From Synechococcus sp. (lineage in GTDB: Bacteria > Cyanobacteriota > Cyanobacteriia > PCC-6307 > Cyanobiaceae), in the NCBI GenBank assembly GCA_047285805.1, contig JBJBCN010000002.1, positions 187,798 to 251,797 on the forward strand: DNA of 64,000 nt, in the 5' to 3' direction. How positions within the stretch are numbered: the stretch's first letter is position 1; each line of letters begins with the position of its first letter. The translations under genes and the position numbers were made by a program. Positions 28,571 through 39,021 of this stretch are shown piece after piece. Under the pieces are notes generated by a model. It had not been told where the DNA came from. It did no database searches and saw only the letters and a program-made list of their open reading frames with translations.

Positions 28571-30489
28571 CGGTAACTGCGGGTGCTTGGTTGAAGAGCC
28601 GAGAACAAAAGCGGTTCTTGATGGCGAATCGGCTCGGCACCGTCCTGGTGTTCCCAGGCGGCAATGTGGGCGAAGTGTTCATCTTTCCTGAGGGCTTCTC
28701 CCTCAGGGGTTTGGTGTTCTTCGCGGAAATGGGCTCCACAAGATTCCTCTCGGGCTAGCGCGTCCCGCAGCATGAGTTGGGCGAGGCCAAAGAAGTCACT
28801 CAATCGCAGCCCCTTCTCCAATTCGACATTGGGACCCGTGGCAGTCCCAGGGATTCGCACCTGGCCTCGAAAGGCTTGCTCGAGTTGATGAACCTCTTGG
28901 ATCCCCTTCTCTAATCCGCTCGCATCACGACTAATGCCGCAGCGCTGAATCATCGTCAGGCCGAGTTGACGGTGAAAGTTGTCAACGGGAATGTCGCCGT
29001 TGGTGTTCAGAAGGCTTTGGATTCGAGTTTCTGCGGCGGCCTTGGCTGCGCGGCAGGACGGATGCTCCTCGTTCACGGCAGGTGTGGGGTGACCGGCAAG
29101 CCATGCCGTCACGGTCGCCGGGGCGATGAAATAGCCGTCTGCAAGGCCCTGCATGAGAGCACTGGCTCCGAGGCGGTTGGCACCGTGTTCTGAGAAGTTG
29201 GCTTCTCCGAGTACAAAGAGTCCTGGGATTGAACTCATCAGGTGGTAGTCCACCCAGAGTCCGCCCATGGTGTAGTGCGGAGCGGGGTAAATCTTGAGCG
29301 GTTTGGCATAGGGGTCTTCACCGCTGATGTGCTCATACATCTCCAGCAAGTTGCCGTAGCGCTTGGCAATGACATCTCTGCCGTTGTGTTGTATCGCATC
29401 GCGGAGATCGAGGTAGATCGAGCGGCCGGCTGGGCCAACGCCTTTGCCCGCATTGCAGAGTTCCCTCGCCCTGCGGGAGGCCACATCCCGCGGCACCATG
29501 TTCCCGTAGCTGGGGTATTGGCGCTCGAGGAAATAATCCCGTTCCGATTCCGGAATGGACTCCGGATCTCTGGTGTCATGGCTCTCTTGCGGAAGCCAGA
29601 CGCGACCGTCATTGCGCAGGCTCTCGCTCATGAGCGTCAGCTTGCTTTGGTAAGGGTCGCCGCTTGGAATGCAGGTTGGGTGGATCTGCGTGAAGCAGGG
29701 GTTGGCAAACAAGGCCCCTTGCTCATGGGCCCTCCAGATCGCACTGGCGTTGGACTTCAGGGCATTGGTGGAGAGGAAGTAGACGTTGCTGTAGCCCCCG
29801 CTGGCCAGCACAACGGCGTGGCCGGTGTGGGTTTCGAGAGCACCGCTTAGCAGGTTGCGGCAGATGACCCCACGGGCGACGCCATCAATGCGGATCAGTT
29901 CGACGAGATCGCGGCGAGGAAGCAGTTCAATCCGTCCAAGCTGCACTTGGCGCATCAAGGCCTGGTAGGCGCCGTAGAGAAGTTGTTGACCGGTTTGCCC
30001 CCTGGCGTAAAAGGTGCGGCTCACCAAGGATCCCCCGAAATTGCGGGTGGCCAGAGTGCCGCCGTATTCCCGGGCGAAGGGAACCCCCTGGGCCACGCAT
30101 TGGTCAATGATTGAGCTGCTGATCTCAGCCAGACGGTGACAGCCGGCCTCACGTGCGCGGAAGTCTCCGCCGCGGACGGTATCCCTGAACAGTCGGCTCA
30201 CACTGTCTCCGTCAACGGCGAGGGGACGGGCGGCGTTGATTCCGCCCTGGGCTGCGACCGAGTGAGCCCGGCGTGGACTGTCGTGAAAGGTGATCACTTT
30301 CACGCGGTACCCCTGCTCCGCCAGGGTTGCCGCCGCCGAGGATCCCGCTAATCCAGTCCCGACCACGAGGACTGTCAGCTCGCGCTTGCGCAGCGGGCTG
30401 ATGAGGGGGAGTTCCTCTTTGGTGCGTCTCCAGGCGTCGCTGACGGGACCCCCCGGCAGGTGGGGATTCGGCGTGTTCATCGGGATCAA
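28567..30489 (-). CDS. sdhA: Succinate dehydrogenase/fumarate reductase flavoprotein
   Basis: GTGLAG, AHSVAAQGGINA, QIHPT, ESLRNDG, HYTMGG, HGANRLGASAL, REESCGAH. Confidence 0.95.
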   Translation of the reverse strand: MIPMNTPNPHLPGGPVSDAWRRTKEELPLISPLRKRELTVLVVGTGLAGSSAAATLAEQGYRVKVITFHDSPRRAHSVAAQGGINAARPLAVDGDSVSRLFRDTVRGGDFRAREAGCHRLAEISSSIIDQCVAQGVPFAREYGGTLATRNFGGSLVSRTFYARGQTGQQLLYGAYQALMRQVQLGRIELLPRRDLVELIRIDGVARGVICRNLLSGALETHTGHAVVLASGGYSNVYFLSTNALKSNASAIWRAHEQGALFANPCFTQIHPTCIPSGDPYQSKLTLMSESLRNDGRVWLPQESHDTRDPESIPESERDYFLERQYPSYGNMVPRDVASRRARELCNAGKGVGPAGRSIYLDLRDAIQHNGRDVIAKRYGNLLEMYEHISGEDPYAKPLKIYPAPHYTMGGLWVDYHLMSSIPGLFVLGEANFSEHGANRLGASALMQGLADGYFIAPATVTAWLAGHPTPAVNEEHPSCRAAKAAAETRIQSLLNTNGDIPVDNFHRQLGLTMIQRCGISRDASGLEKGIQEVHQLEQAFRGQVRIPGTATGPNVELEKGLRLSDFFGLAQLMLRDALAREESCGAHFREEHQTPEGEALRKDEHFAHIAAWEHQDGAEPIRHQEPLLFSALQPSTRSYR

Positions 30490-31103
30490 CCCAGCAGAGC
30501 CAGCCAGCTGGCTGATCCGGTGAAACCAAGGCCGAGGAGGACTCCCGCCGCTCGGGCGATTTGGCGGATGACTGCAGCGTTCTGTGGTGTGAGCAACCCC
30601 AAGCTGCGCTGCGCCGATTCCCCGCCTTGGATGATGTGCAGGCTGAGGGCCAGACAGGCCACTGCGTAGAGCAACAGCGTGAGAGGAGCGTGGAGGCTTG
30701 CGCTCAACTGCATGAGTTCAAATCCAGGGGCAGGTCGCGGCAGCCTCAGTTGTTTGAGGTGGACGGCGAGGAAGAGCAGCAGGGTGATTCCTCCGATCGG
30801 TTGTAACCGAGCGCTCCAGCTCCCTAGCGGGTCCTTGCGTCGGCTCTTGAGTTGGGCGTGGTTGCCCGCTTTCCAGTTCTTCAGAGCCTTGCTCAGGCTG
30901 AGGCTGGCATGCGTGATCGCGGCAAAGAGCAACAGCCCTTCGAGCAGGGGAAGCCACCAGCTCTGGTGGAGGACGCTGGCGTAGCACTCGAACTGCAGCG
31001 GCGCGACGGGCGCCAGGCCGACGCCGATGAGATGAGCAACCAGAAAGGCCATCAGCACCAGTCCGGACCCAGCAAGGAGGATGCGGCGGACCATGGCGAC
31101 CAT
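30486..31103 (-). CDS. sdhC: Succinate dehydrogenase cytochrome b subunit
   Basis: Five hydrophobic segments with His heme ligands; overlaps the sdhA start. Confidence 0.85.
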   Translation of the reverse strand: MVAMVRRILLAGSGLVLMAFLVAHLIGVGLAPVAPLQFECYASVLHQSWWLPLLEGLLLFAAITHASLSLSKALKNWKAGNHAQLKSRRKDPLGSWSARLQPIGGITLLLFLAVHLKQLRLPRPAPGFELMQLSASLHAPLTLLLYAVACLALSLHIIQGGESAQRSLGLLTPQNAAVIRQIARAAGVLLGLGFTGSASWLALLG

Positions 31104-31426
31104 TGATTACCAATGAACGCTAGGCCGGTGGCCTCCGCTTCATGACAAACCTGCTGACAGCTTGAAAAGTCCTGGCCAGGCTGACCAGTGTTGAGCTATG
31201 GCTGTTGTTGATGCTTGAGCTGCTCCCGCCGCTCAACGATCACAACCTCCCTTGGATCGACATGATTCACCAATCGTGGTCCACTTCGTGATCGCCAATG
31301 CCCTGCGGATTGGCAATGGTTTGGTGAAGTCCCTCTAAGCCTCGGCCAAGGTCTCACGTTAACCACTTCTGAGGGTGATTTCAAATCAGCTCGGCGGCAT
31401 CATGGGCTCGCTTTGAGAACACGGCA

Positions 31427-32734
31427 GTGGTTCTGCGCACCCGCGACTTGATCCGCAACCTGTTGCAGTTGTCCCTGCTGGGTGTGCTGGTCGGTGTGGC
31501 CTGCTGGCCGTTCAACATGCTCGATCGCTGGCAGGACCAGCTGCTCAACTTGCTGCCCGCCTTCAGCGGAGACGAGTGGACGCCGGCGGCGTTGGCGTTG
31601 GCTTGCTCACCGCTCGTGGTCGTGCCGATGTTGCTGCTGCTGCAACGGGGGATTTGGTCGCGTGGAGCCGGCTCCGGCATTCCGCAGACGATGACCAGCA
31701 TCGATCATCCTGCTCAGGCTTCCGCCCTGCTCGGGTGGGCGCCCAGTTGGCAGCGCCTGGCCCTTTGGGGGATCGCCAGCTTGGCCCTGTTGCCGATTGG
31801 CCGGGAGGGACCCGTGGTGCAGGTCGGCGCCTCCGCGGCTCACTTTCTGCGCAAGCGTTTTCCCAATTGGTTCTACGGCTTGGGGCAGGCCGAGCTGTTG
31901 GCGGTGGCCGGTGGTGCTGGCTTAGCGGGGGGGTTCGACACGCCGCTTCTCGGGGTGGTGTTTGTGGTCGAGGAGTTCATCAGTGCCTTCTCCTCGAACT
32001 TGATCTGGCCGGCTTTGGTGGTCAGTGGCATGGCGGCCTCCTTCAGCAACCTGGCCGGTCAGCCCATGTTTGCCTTGGGCACCGTCGGTGTTGAGCCGAT
32101 GGAATTGGCCCAGGTGCTTTGGGCCCTTCCGGTTGGATTGGTCGGCGGTCTGGTGGGGGCGGCCTTTGCAAGCTTGCTGCTGGCCGGGACACGCCGGGGT
32201 GTGGGCTTGGCGCGCCGTTATCCGCTGCGTCTTGGTCTTGGGGTCGGTGCCTTCCTCAGCCTGTTCCTGTTGGTGAGCGGCGGAACCGGTGGCGGAGACG
32301 GGGAATTGCTGATGGGCAGCCTGCTGTTTGGCTCATCTAATGGTGTGGAGTTGCCCCACGGGTTGTGGACTGATCTCCTCACCCTCATCTTTCGAATCAT
32401 TGGCCCAGTTCTCGCTCTCTCCACAGGGATTCCCGGTGGATTGATTGATCCCTCCTTCACCTTTGGTGCTGCGATGGGCCAGGTGATTGCGGATCTTGCC
32501 GGTTTGCCGCAACTGTTTTTGGCCTTGGGGATGGTCGCGGGACTCTCCGGCGCGACCCAGCTACCGGTGATGTCGGTGCTTTTTGGAATCCGCCTGGCGG
32601 GTGACCAGCAACTGTTGCCGGGACTGTTGGCGGCTTCCGTCCTGGCGGCCTATGTGAGCCGTCAGTTCGTGGCCAAGCCTATATATCACGCCCTCCATGT
32701 CCTCTACGGGGAAGCTACGAAGACGTCTCTGTAA
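31427..32734 (+). CDS. ClC family chloride channel/transporter
   Basis: GSGIPQ, GREGP, GIPGG signature motifs; start uncertain. Confidence 0.88.
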   Translation: MVLRTRDLIRNLLQLSLLGVLVGVACWPFNMLDRWQDQLLNLLPAFSGDEWTPAALALACSPLVVVPMLLLLQRGIWSRGAGSGIPQTMTSIDHPAQASALLGWAPSWQRLALWGIASLALLPIGREGPVVQVGASAAHFLRKRFPNWFYGLGQAELLAVAGGAGLAGGFDTPLLGVVFVVEEFISAFSSNLIWPALVVSGMAASFSNLAGQPMFALGTVGVEPMELAQVLWALPVGLVGGLVGAAFASLLLAGTRRGVGLARRYPLRLGLGVGAFLSLFLLVSGGTGGGDGELLMGSLLFGSSNGVELPHGLWTDLLTLIFRIIGPVLALSTGIPGGLIDPSFTFGAAMGQVIADLAGLPQLFLALGMVAGLSGATQLPVMSVLFGIRLAGDQQLLPGLLAASVLAAYVSRQFVAKPIYHALHVLYGEATKTSL

Positions 32735-34037
32735 TCACCAGTGCTGAGCGTTCCCGGGTGGCAATCATCCAGAGCCATTTGGTCAGCAACGTCAACCGGC
32801 TTTCGTTCGCGGGCATGAAGGCCAAATGGGCCAAGCCCCAGAAGATCCAGCCTAAGCTTCCGCTGAGCTTCAGGCCGCGCAGGTTTGCCACCGCAAAGAG
32901 GGGGCCGACCACGGCCATGCTGCCGAAGTCGGTGAATTGAAAGGCGGGGTTGGCCTGGCTTTGGCACTTCGCCAGGATGTCCTTTGCCACCCAGCCCCCC
33001 ATCTGCACCGCCGGGCCGGCCATTCCGGGCAGGGGCTTACCATCACGGGTGTGGCCGTAGCAGCAGAGGTCCCCGATCACGCGGATCTCACTGTGCCCCT
33101 TGATCGAGAAATCGGGTTCGACGACGACGCGTCCGCCCCGGTCCACCTCGCATCCGGTGCCTTCAGCCAGCATCTTCCCGAGGGGGGAGGCGGCGACACC
33201 GGCGGTCCAACAGATCGTGCTTGCCTCCAGGCTGGCTTCGCCATTGGGCGTCGTGACGACGACCTTGCCGTCGCTGATGTCTTTGACACGGCATCCCAAA
33301 AGGAGCTCCACTCCTTTGGATTTGAGGTGGTCCCCAGCGGACTTTGAGAGCTGGGGATCCATGGCCCGCAGGACGCGATCTCCGGGATCCACCAGGGTCA
33401 CCTTGCAGTGGGTGGGATCGATCTGCATGAAGTCCCGCTCGAGGGTGTGCCGCATCAGATCGTTCAGGGAAGCCGCGAGTTCACAGCCCGTCGGCCCCCC
33501 GCCGATGACGACGACGGACTGCAGCCACTTGCGCCTTTCCAGGTCAGGGGTCTGCTCGGCTTCCTCCAGAGACTTGAGGATCTGGCCCCGGATGGTGTAG
33601 GCATCCTCGAGGGTCTTCATGGGAATGGCTTCACTTCGCCATTCGTCATGGCCGAAGTAGCTGCTGGTGGCCCCGGCAGCCAGGACGAGATGGTCGTATT
33701 TGAAGCGGCGGTTGTTGAAGACCACCTCCTTCTCATCGGTATTGATGTCATCCACTTCCCCCATCAGAATTTGGATGTTTTCGGACTCACCCAACATCAC
33801 GCGCAGGGGGGAGGCGACATCGGTCTGGGAGACCAACCCCGAGGCCACTTGATAGAGCAGCGGCTGGAAGAGGTTGAAGTTGCGTCGATCAATCAGGGTG
33901 ACGCGAACGGTTTTTCCCGCCAGCACATTGGCTGCACGTAGACCAGCGAACCCTCCCCCGACGATCACCACATGGGGTGCACTTTTGAGCAGGTCAGAGG
34001 GTGGGGTCAGCTCGAGAAAGAAACGTTCGGGAGCCAT
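32715..34037 (-). CDS. Type II NAD(P)H dehydrogenase family flavoprotein
   Basis: GGGFAG, FQPLLYQVASG, GGGPTGCE, WTAGV, GD; C-terminus looks short. Confidence 0.9.
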   Translation of the reverse strand: MAPERFFLELTPPSDLLKSAPHVVIVGGGFAGLRAANVLAGKTVRVTLIDRRNFNLFQPLLYQVASGLVSQTDVASPLRVMLGESENIQILMGEVDDINTDEKEVVFNNRRFKYDHLVLAAGATSSYFGHDEWRSEAIPMKTLEDAYTIRGQILKSLEEAEQTPDLERRKWLQSVVVIGGGPTGCELAASLNDLMRHTLERDFMQIDPTHCKVTLVDPGDRVLRAMDPQLSKSAGDHLKSKGVELLLGCRVKDISDGKVVVTTPNGEASLEASTICWTAGVAASPLGKMLAEGTGCEVDRGGRVVVEPDFSIKGHSEIRVIGDLCCYGHTRDGKPLPGMAGPAVQMGGWVAKDILAKCQSQANPAFQFTDFGSMAVVGPLFAVANLRGLKLSGSLGWIFWGLAHLAFMPANESRLTLLTKWLWMIATRERSALVITETSS

Positions 34038-34377
34038 GGACCAGCGGGTGCTGGTTTCAAGCTATCTACGGTTCCCAAAGTTGGCCTAGAGCGCAAGTTT
34101 CACTTCCGGAAGCCTTTGGGTTTGTCCCTCGCTTCAGGGGTCAACGGCGTCCCAATAAGTCATCCCAGCTTGGGGCATTGCTGGGGGATGTAGGAGAAAT
34201 GGGTCGTTTCGGATGCAGGACCCGTTCGCCTTTTTGGTGGTGCTGGTTGGCCTGTTGCGGGGCGGTTGTTGGTTTTTTCAGTTGGGGCATGGAATCAACT
34301 CGCAATGGAATATCAATTCACGCAGCAGTTGCTGTGGACTCAAGATAGATCGAATTCCTTGGTGCGACCAACTACTG

Positions 34378-35055
34378 ATGACAAGCCAGCCCGTCGTAAT
34401 CCTTGGTGGCTTTCTGATTGGTGTTGAGGCCTATGAGCCGATGCGCTTATGGCTTGAGGATTCCCTCAATCAGCCCGTTGTTGTCGTCCCCGCTACGCGG
34501 CTGGATTGGTTGTTGACGTCGACGGCCTGGGGTTGGCGTCGTCTGCTGGATCGCACGGCGGAGCTGTTGGAGACCGCGGCTGGGCAATCCACCACAGGGA
34601 AGGTGACCTTGGTAGGTCACAGCTCGGGCGGAGTGATGTTGCGTCTGCTGCTAAGCGCAGATCCCTGGATGGGGCGCTGCTATGGCGCCCAGCATTGCGT
34701 TGATCGGCTTTACACCTTGGGTAGTCCCCACATGGCACTTCGGGCCACGGCGATGCGCGCCTTTGTCGATCAGCGCTGGCCGGGAGCCTTTTTTGCTCCG
34801 GCCGTTGACTACGTCGCCGTGGCGGGGGAGTTGGACTTGGCGGAGGGTTTTGACTTGAGCCGCCGGGTGGCTAAGCGCTCCTACTCCGCTATCAGCGGAG
34901 ATCCGGAGGCTGCCGGCGATGGTTTGGTGCCCGTGGGTTCGGCGTTGTTGGCTGGGGCTCAGCCGTTAGTTCTGGCGGGGGTGGCCCACGGCGGAGCCTT
35001 TGGACCGCGCTGGTACGGCACGCCGGAGGTGGTGCAGCGCTGGTGGAGGGGTTGA
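34378..35055 (+). CDS. Alpha/beta hydrolase (esterase/lipase-like)
   Basis: GHSSGG nucleophile elbow, TLGSPH, GDGLVP, H near C-terminus. Confidence 0.85.
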   Translation: MTSQPVVILGGFLIGVEAYEPMRLWLEDSLNQPVVVVPATRLDWLLTSTAWGWRRLLDRTAELLETAAGQSTTGKVTLVGHSSGGVMLRLLLSADPWMGRCYGAQHCVDRLYTLGSPHMALRATAMRAFVDQRWPGAFFAPAVDYVAVAGELDLAEGFDLSRRVAKRSYSAISGDPEAAGDGLVPVGSALLAGAQPLVLAGVAHGGAFGPRWYGTPEVVQRWWRG

Positions 35056-35283
35056 TCCAGCTGGATCAGTTCATAGGACCAGTGGCAACTCAGGGCGGCC
35101 AAGAGGCTTTGGCGATCTCCAAAGATCCGGAGCATGTTCGTTGCGTCGCTCCGCCAAGGCTGGGCCCAGCCGAGGAAGGCGCTGCGGCAAAGGATGCGAC
35201 CGGGTGCGGCAAAAAGCACAGCCGGCGGTAGCAGCAGGCGGCCTGATTGCGTCAACCTGGGTGGCCCTCGCCTGATTCCAGCC

Positions 35284-36144
35284 ATGCACCGTCGCGCGCT
35301 GCTGCTGCTCATGGGTGGAGCGGCTACGTCCGCTGTTGCGGTTGGAACCAGTTGGGCCCAGATGGCGACGCCACCCCCCCTGAGCACGACCCGCTTTTTA
35401 GCGGTGGGTGATGTCGGCAGTGGCAATGTCCACCAGCGGGCCGTGGGGACTCAGATGGCGGCGGTCCATCGTCGTAAGCCTGTCGACCTGGTGCTGCTGG
35501 CCGGGGACAACATCTACCCATCAGGGGACATTCGCAAGGTTCAGTCCACCTTCCTGCGCCCCTATGCCGCGTTGCTTGAGGCCAAGGTGCCATTCCATGC
35601 AGTCCTGGGAAACCACGACATCCGCACCGCCAATGGCAATCCCCAGCTGGCCTACAAGCCCTACGGCATGAAGGGGCGTTTTTACAGCGTCCGTCGCCGC
35701 GAGGTCGAATTTTTCATGCTGGACACCAACGGCAACGCCCCCTGGACGTCCCAGTTGTCCTGGTTGCGTTCGGCCTTAGCCAAGAGCCAGGCCTCCTGGA
35801 AAGTCGTGGTGGGTCACCACCCGATTTACTCCTCAGGCCTCTATGGCAATAGCCCAGGACTGCGGGGCAAGTTGAGCTCCTTGATGCAGCGCCATGGGGT
35901 GCAGCTCTACATCAATGGCCATGAACACCACTACGAGCGCAGCAAGCCGATCGATGGCATCACCTATTTGATCGTCGGGGGTGGCGGCGCCTATCTCCGC
36001 CCGGTGATCGCCACCGCCCAATCCGCGAAGGCGGTCAGTGTTTACAGCTTCGCGGAGTTGGAGGCGGGGTCCGACAGCTTGACCATCCGGGGCTGGGATC
36101 GCGACGGCAAGCTGATTGACAAGGGCGTGATTGCCCGGCGTTAA
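35284..36144 (+). CDS. Tat-exported metallophosphoesterase
   Basis: RR signal; GD, GDNIY, GNHD, GHH, GHEH motifs. Confidence 0.88.
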   Translation: MHRRALLLLMGGAATSAVAVGTSWAQMATPPPLSTTRFLAVGDVGSGNVHQRAVGTQMAAVHRRKPVDLVLLAGDNIYPSGDIRKVQSTFLRPYAALLEAKVPFHAVLGNHDIRTANGNPQLAYKPYGMKGRFYSVRRREVEFFMLDTNGNAPWTSQLSWLRSALAKSQASWKVVVGHHPIYSSGLYGNSPGLRGKLSSLMQRHGVQLYINGHEHHYERSKPIDGITYLIVGGGGAYLRPVIATAQSAKAVSVYSFAELEAGSDSLTIRGWDRDGKLIDKGVIARR

Positions 36145-37664
36145 CGCTGCTCCAGTCGCTCCAAACTGGGGATCAAAGCTGCTGAGGCCAAAAGCCCCAG
36201 GCTCAAGATCAGTAGGGCCGGGATCAGGGCGGCGCCCACCCGTTCATCACTGGCGTACTGATAAACCCGCACCGCCAGGGTGTCGAAGTCAAACGGCCGC
36301 AGAGCGAAGGTAAGGGGGAGTTCCTTCACTGTGTCGACAAAGACCAGCAGGCTGCCCATGAGTAAGGGGCCCCGTAGCAGTGGCAGATGAATGCGTTGCA
36401 GCACTCCTCCCCAGCTCTGGCCGAGGGAGGTCGCGGCTTCATCAATGCTTGGCGGGATCCGCTCGAGAGCCGCGTCCAGGCCGCCTTTGGAGACCGCGAG
36501 GAAGCGATCGACGTAGCCCCAAACCAGCAGCAATAACGGCGCCAGGGCCAGGGGGCCGCCGATGAGCATTAGCGCGAGGGCCAGCACGGTGCCGGGGATC
36601 GCGTAGCCCAGCCCCGCCACAAAGGTCAGTCGGCGCAGGCCGGCGTTGGGGATCCAGCGTTTGGCGATGGAGAGCACGAGGCTGACGATTACCGTCAAGA
36701 CGGCCGCGACAATGGCCAGGCCAAAGGAGCGCAGTCCGAGTTCCAGCAGTTCGGCGCTGTCTTCGCCTTGGAGTTGGTCCCAACTGAAGGCCGCCCAGAC
36801 CAAGGGAAGCCCCAGGCTCAAGAGGGGTGGCGTCAGGCAAAAGACTTGGCTCAGCCAGCGTTGAGGCCCGCGCAGGCTCCAGCGCTGTTCTGGCTCACCA
36901 GAGCCGCTGATGTTCCAGCAGCGGCTCCGGCGCCGCAGGGTCCGCTCGGCGCCCACCAGTAGGCCGACGATGACCAGGGCCATCAAGGCCAGGGCAACCG
37001 CGGCTTGCGGATCCCCCTCCTGCTGCCAGCGCATCAGGATTCCCGAGGACAGGGTTGGGATTCCGAGCAGTTGCACCGCCCCGAGTTCATTCACGACCTC
37101 CATGCCGGTGAGGGCGACCCCTGCCCCAATCGAAGGCAGGGCCATCGGCAGGGCTACTCGCCAAAAGCTTCCCCAGGGACCGACGCCGAGGCTGCGGCAG
37201 GCTTCGAGTTGGCGCTTGCCGCTGAACGAAAAGCTCTCCGTGGAGAGCAGAAAGACATAGCTGTAGGTGCTGAGCACCATCACTGCCAGCGTTGGCCCAA
37301 AGCCGTAGATGCGCTGGCCGAAGCGACTCCCAAGGTCGATCAAGGTGGCCGCCAGCAGATAGCTGGGCGTAGCCAGGGGCAGGAGTTGAGCGATCCGCAG
37401 TAGGCGGCGTCCGGGGAACTCACAGCGAGCCGTCAGCCAGCCCGTTCCCGTTCCGAGGCCCGCGGCGAGAGCCCCAACCAGCGCAACCAAGCCCAGAGTA
37501 TTGCCCACCTGGAGGGAGCCTTCATCACCAAGGTTCAGGCTCTCGAGCCCCGCGCCTCCCAGGGCAAACCAGCTCAGCCAGGCCACAGGGGCCATGGCTG
37601 CTGCACAGACCAGAAGCACCCCGACGCTGAGCAGGCTGCGCTGCGGCAGTGGTCCCCGTGCCAA
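36141..37664 (-). CDS. futB: Fe(III) ABC transporter permease
   Basis: P.YLLA, EA.RSLG, IPGTVLA, KELPLTFALRPFDFDTLAVRVYQYASDE; start approximate. Confidence 0.88.
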   Translation of the reverse strand: MARGPLPQRSLLSVGVLLVCAAAMAPVAWLSWFALGGAGLESLNLGDEGSLQVGNTLGLVALVGALAAGLGTGTGWLTARCEFPGRRLLRIAQLLPLATPSYLLAATLIDLGSRFGQRIYGFGPTLAVMVLSTYSYVFLLSTESFSFSGKRQLEACRSLGVGPWGSFWRVALPMALPSIGAGVALTGMEVVNELGAVQLLGIPTLSSGILMRWQQEGDPQAAVALALMALVIVGLLVGAERTLRRRSRCWNISGSGEPEQRWSLRGPQRWLSQVFCLTPPLLSLGLPLVWAAFSWDQLQGEDSAELLELGLRSFGLAIVAAVLTVIVSLVLSIAKRWIPNAGLRRLTFVAGLGYAIPGTVLALALMLIGGPLALAPLLLLVWGYVDRFLAVSKGGLDAALERIPPSIDEAATSLGQSWGGVLQRIHLPLLRGPLLMGSLLVFVDTVKELPLTFALRPFDFDTLAVRVYQYASDERVGAALIPALLILSLGLLASAALIPSLERLEQR

Positions 37665-37803
37665 TCCTTTGCCTGAGGCTGCGGCGCAAAGCCTAGGGGG
37701 CAGGCATGTAATGAATGTCACAGCCGCAGGTGGCGAATGATGGCCTCCGCTCCGAGAGGCGTCCGGCCTGGGCATAGTTCGAAGACTGCGATTCGATTTG
37801 GCC

Positions 37804-38846
37804 TTGACGTTTCGTCCTTCCATCGCACCCGAGCGTCTGGCGCTCGCTGCCCTGCTGGGCGTCACGGCCGGGGCTGCGGTGCTCACCTCCTTGGCCAGGG
37901 CCAACAGCCAAGAAATCGGGGTGTACGCGGGGCGGCTCTATAACACCGGCAAGGCCCTCTACAAGTAGTTCACCCAGAAGACCGGCATCAAGCTGAAGTT
38001 GCTCGAGGCGAAGGATGACGCCTTGATCGACCGGATCAAACGGAAGGGCGCCAACAGCCTGGCTGATTTCTTGGTGCTGGCGGATGTGGCTCGCCTGGAC
38101 AAGGCTGCCGATGCCGGGCTGTTTCGTCCCAGACGCTCCGCCTCCCTCAACCGGGATGTCCCCGCGAACTTGCAGGAGTCCAAGGTGCTTTGATTTTGCT
38201 CTTTCCCGTCTGGTCCGCGTGGTGGTGGTGAACCCCAAGGTGGTCAATCCCAGCAGCATTAGCAGCTACGCCGACCTGGCGAACCCGGCCTTGAAAGGAC
38301 AGCTCTGCCTGTGCAATCGCAAGAGCGTCTTCAACCAATCCCTGGTGGCCGACCAGATGATCCTCCGGGGTGACAAGGCGGCCTCCGCTTGGGTGAAGGG
38401 CATGAGTGCCAACTTCATCCAGCCCTATTTCAGTTCGGATACGCCTTGATCCGAGAGGTCGCCAATGGCCATTGCGGGTTCGGCTTGGTCAATTCCTGTT
38501 AAGTGGCGCGGACGCTGGCCGGCGGCAACGGTGCCTCAGACCAGACGTTGGCGAATCGGGTCAAGGTTCGCTTCCCGGATCCCGCCCACGTGAACATCAC
38601 CGGTGCCGGGGTGGTCAAAACCGCGAAGAATCCATAGCCGGCTCTGCGCTTGATCGAGTTCTTGGCGTAGCCCAGTGGTGGTAGCGGTTTCGCGGAAGCC
38701 AACTATGAATTCCCGCTGCGGCGCTTTGGCATCAACGCGGGCCTGAAGCTCTTGGGAACGTTCAAGGCTGATCGGGTGTCGGCCCAGCAGAGGGTTCCAA
38801 GAACAAGGCCGCCGTGGCTTTGTTCTTGGCCGGCGATTGGCGCTGA
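37804..38846 (+). pseudogene. futA: Fe(III)-binding protein FutA/IdiA pseudogene
   Basis: VY.GR.YN, FTQKTGIK, DLANPALKG.LCL, HVNITGAGV, ANYEFP motifs; stops at 37966, 38191, 38447, 38500, 38635, 38668 plus frameshifts. Confidence 0.88.
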
Positions 38847-38875
38847 GTCGCTCGCCCGACAACCTGAATCCACGC

Positions 38876-38905
38876 AGCCAGCCGCCCTGCGCGGCTGGCT
38901 TTTTT
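38876..38905 (+). terminator. Intrinsic terminator after the futA pseudogene
   Basis: agccagccgc-cctgc-gcggctggct followed by a T run. Confidence 0.8.
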
Positions 38906-38947
38906 GTGGTGGCGCACACACAGCGTTTGCAGTTGACAGCTGCTATT

Positions 38948-39001
38948 GAGAATCGCTTGCAAAAGTCCTTGTTTCTTGTTTATCTTGCGACGCATTCGCA
39001 A
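38948..39001. promoter_or_regulatory. Fur-box-like sites upstream of the crp-type regulator
   Basis: gagaatcgcttgcaa (38948-38962) and palindrome ttgcga-cgcat-tcgcaa (38985-39001). Confidence 0.5.
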
Positions 39002-39021
39002 CTAGCCCGTTTTCGGGTGTT

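Noticed and set aside
31196-31384. 62-aa ORF between sdhC and ClC
   Set aside because: No motif and atypical codons; probably promoter DNA.
34213-34377. N-terminal extension of the esterase ORF
   Set aside because: AT-rich and non-coding-like; the gene fits a start at 34378.
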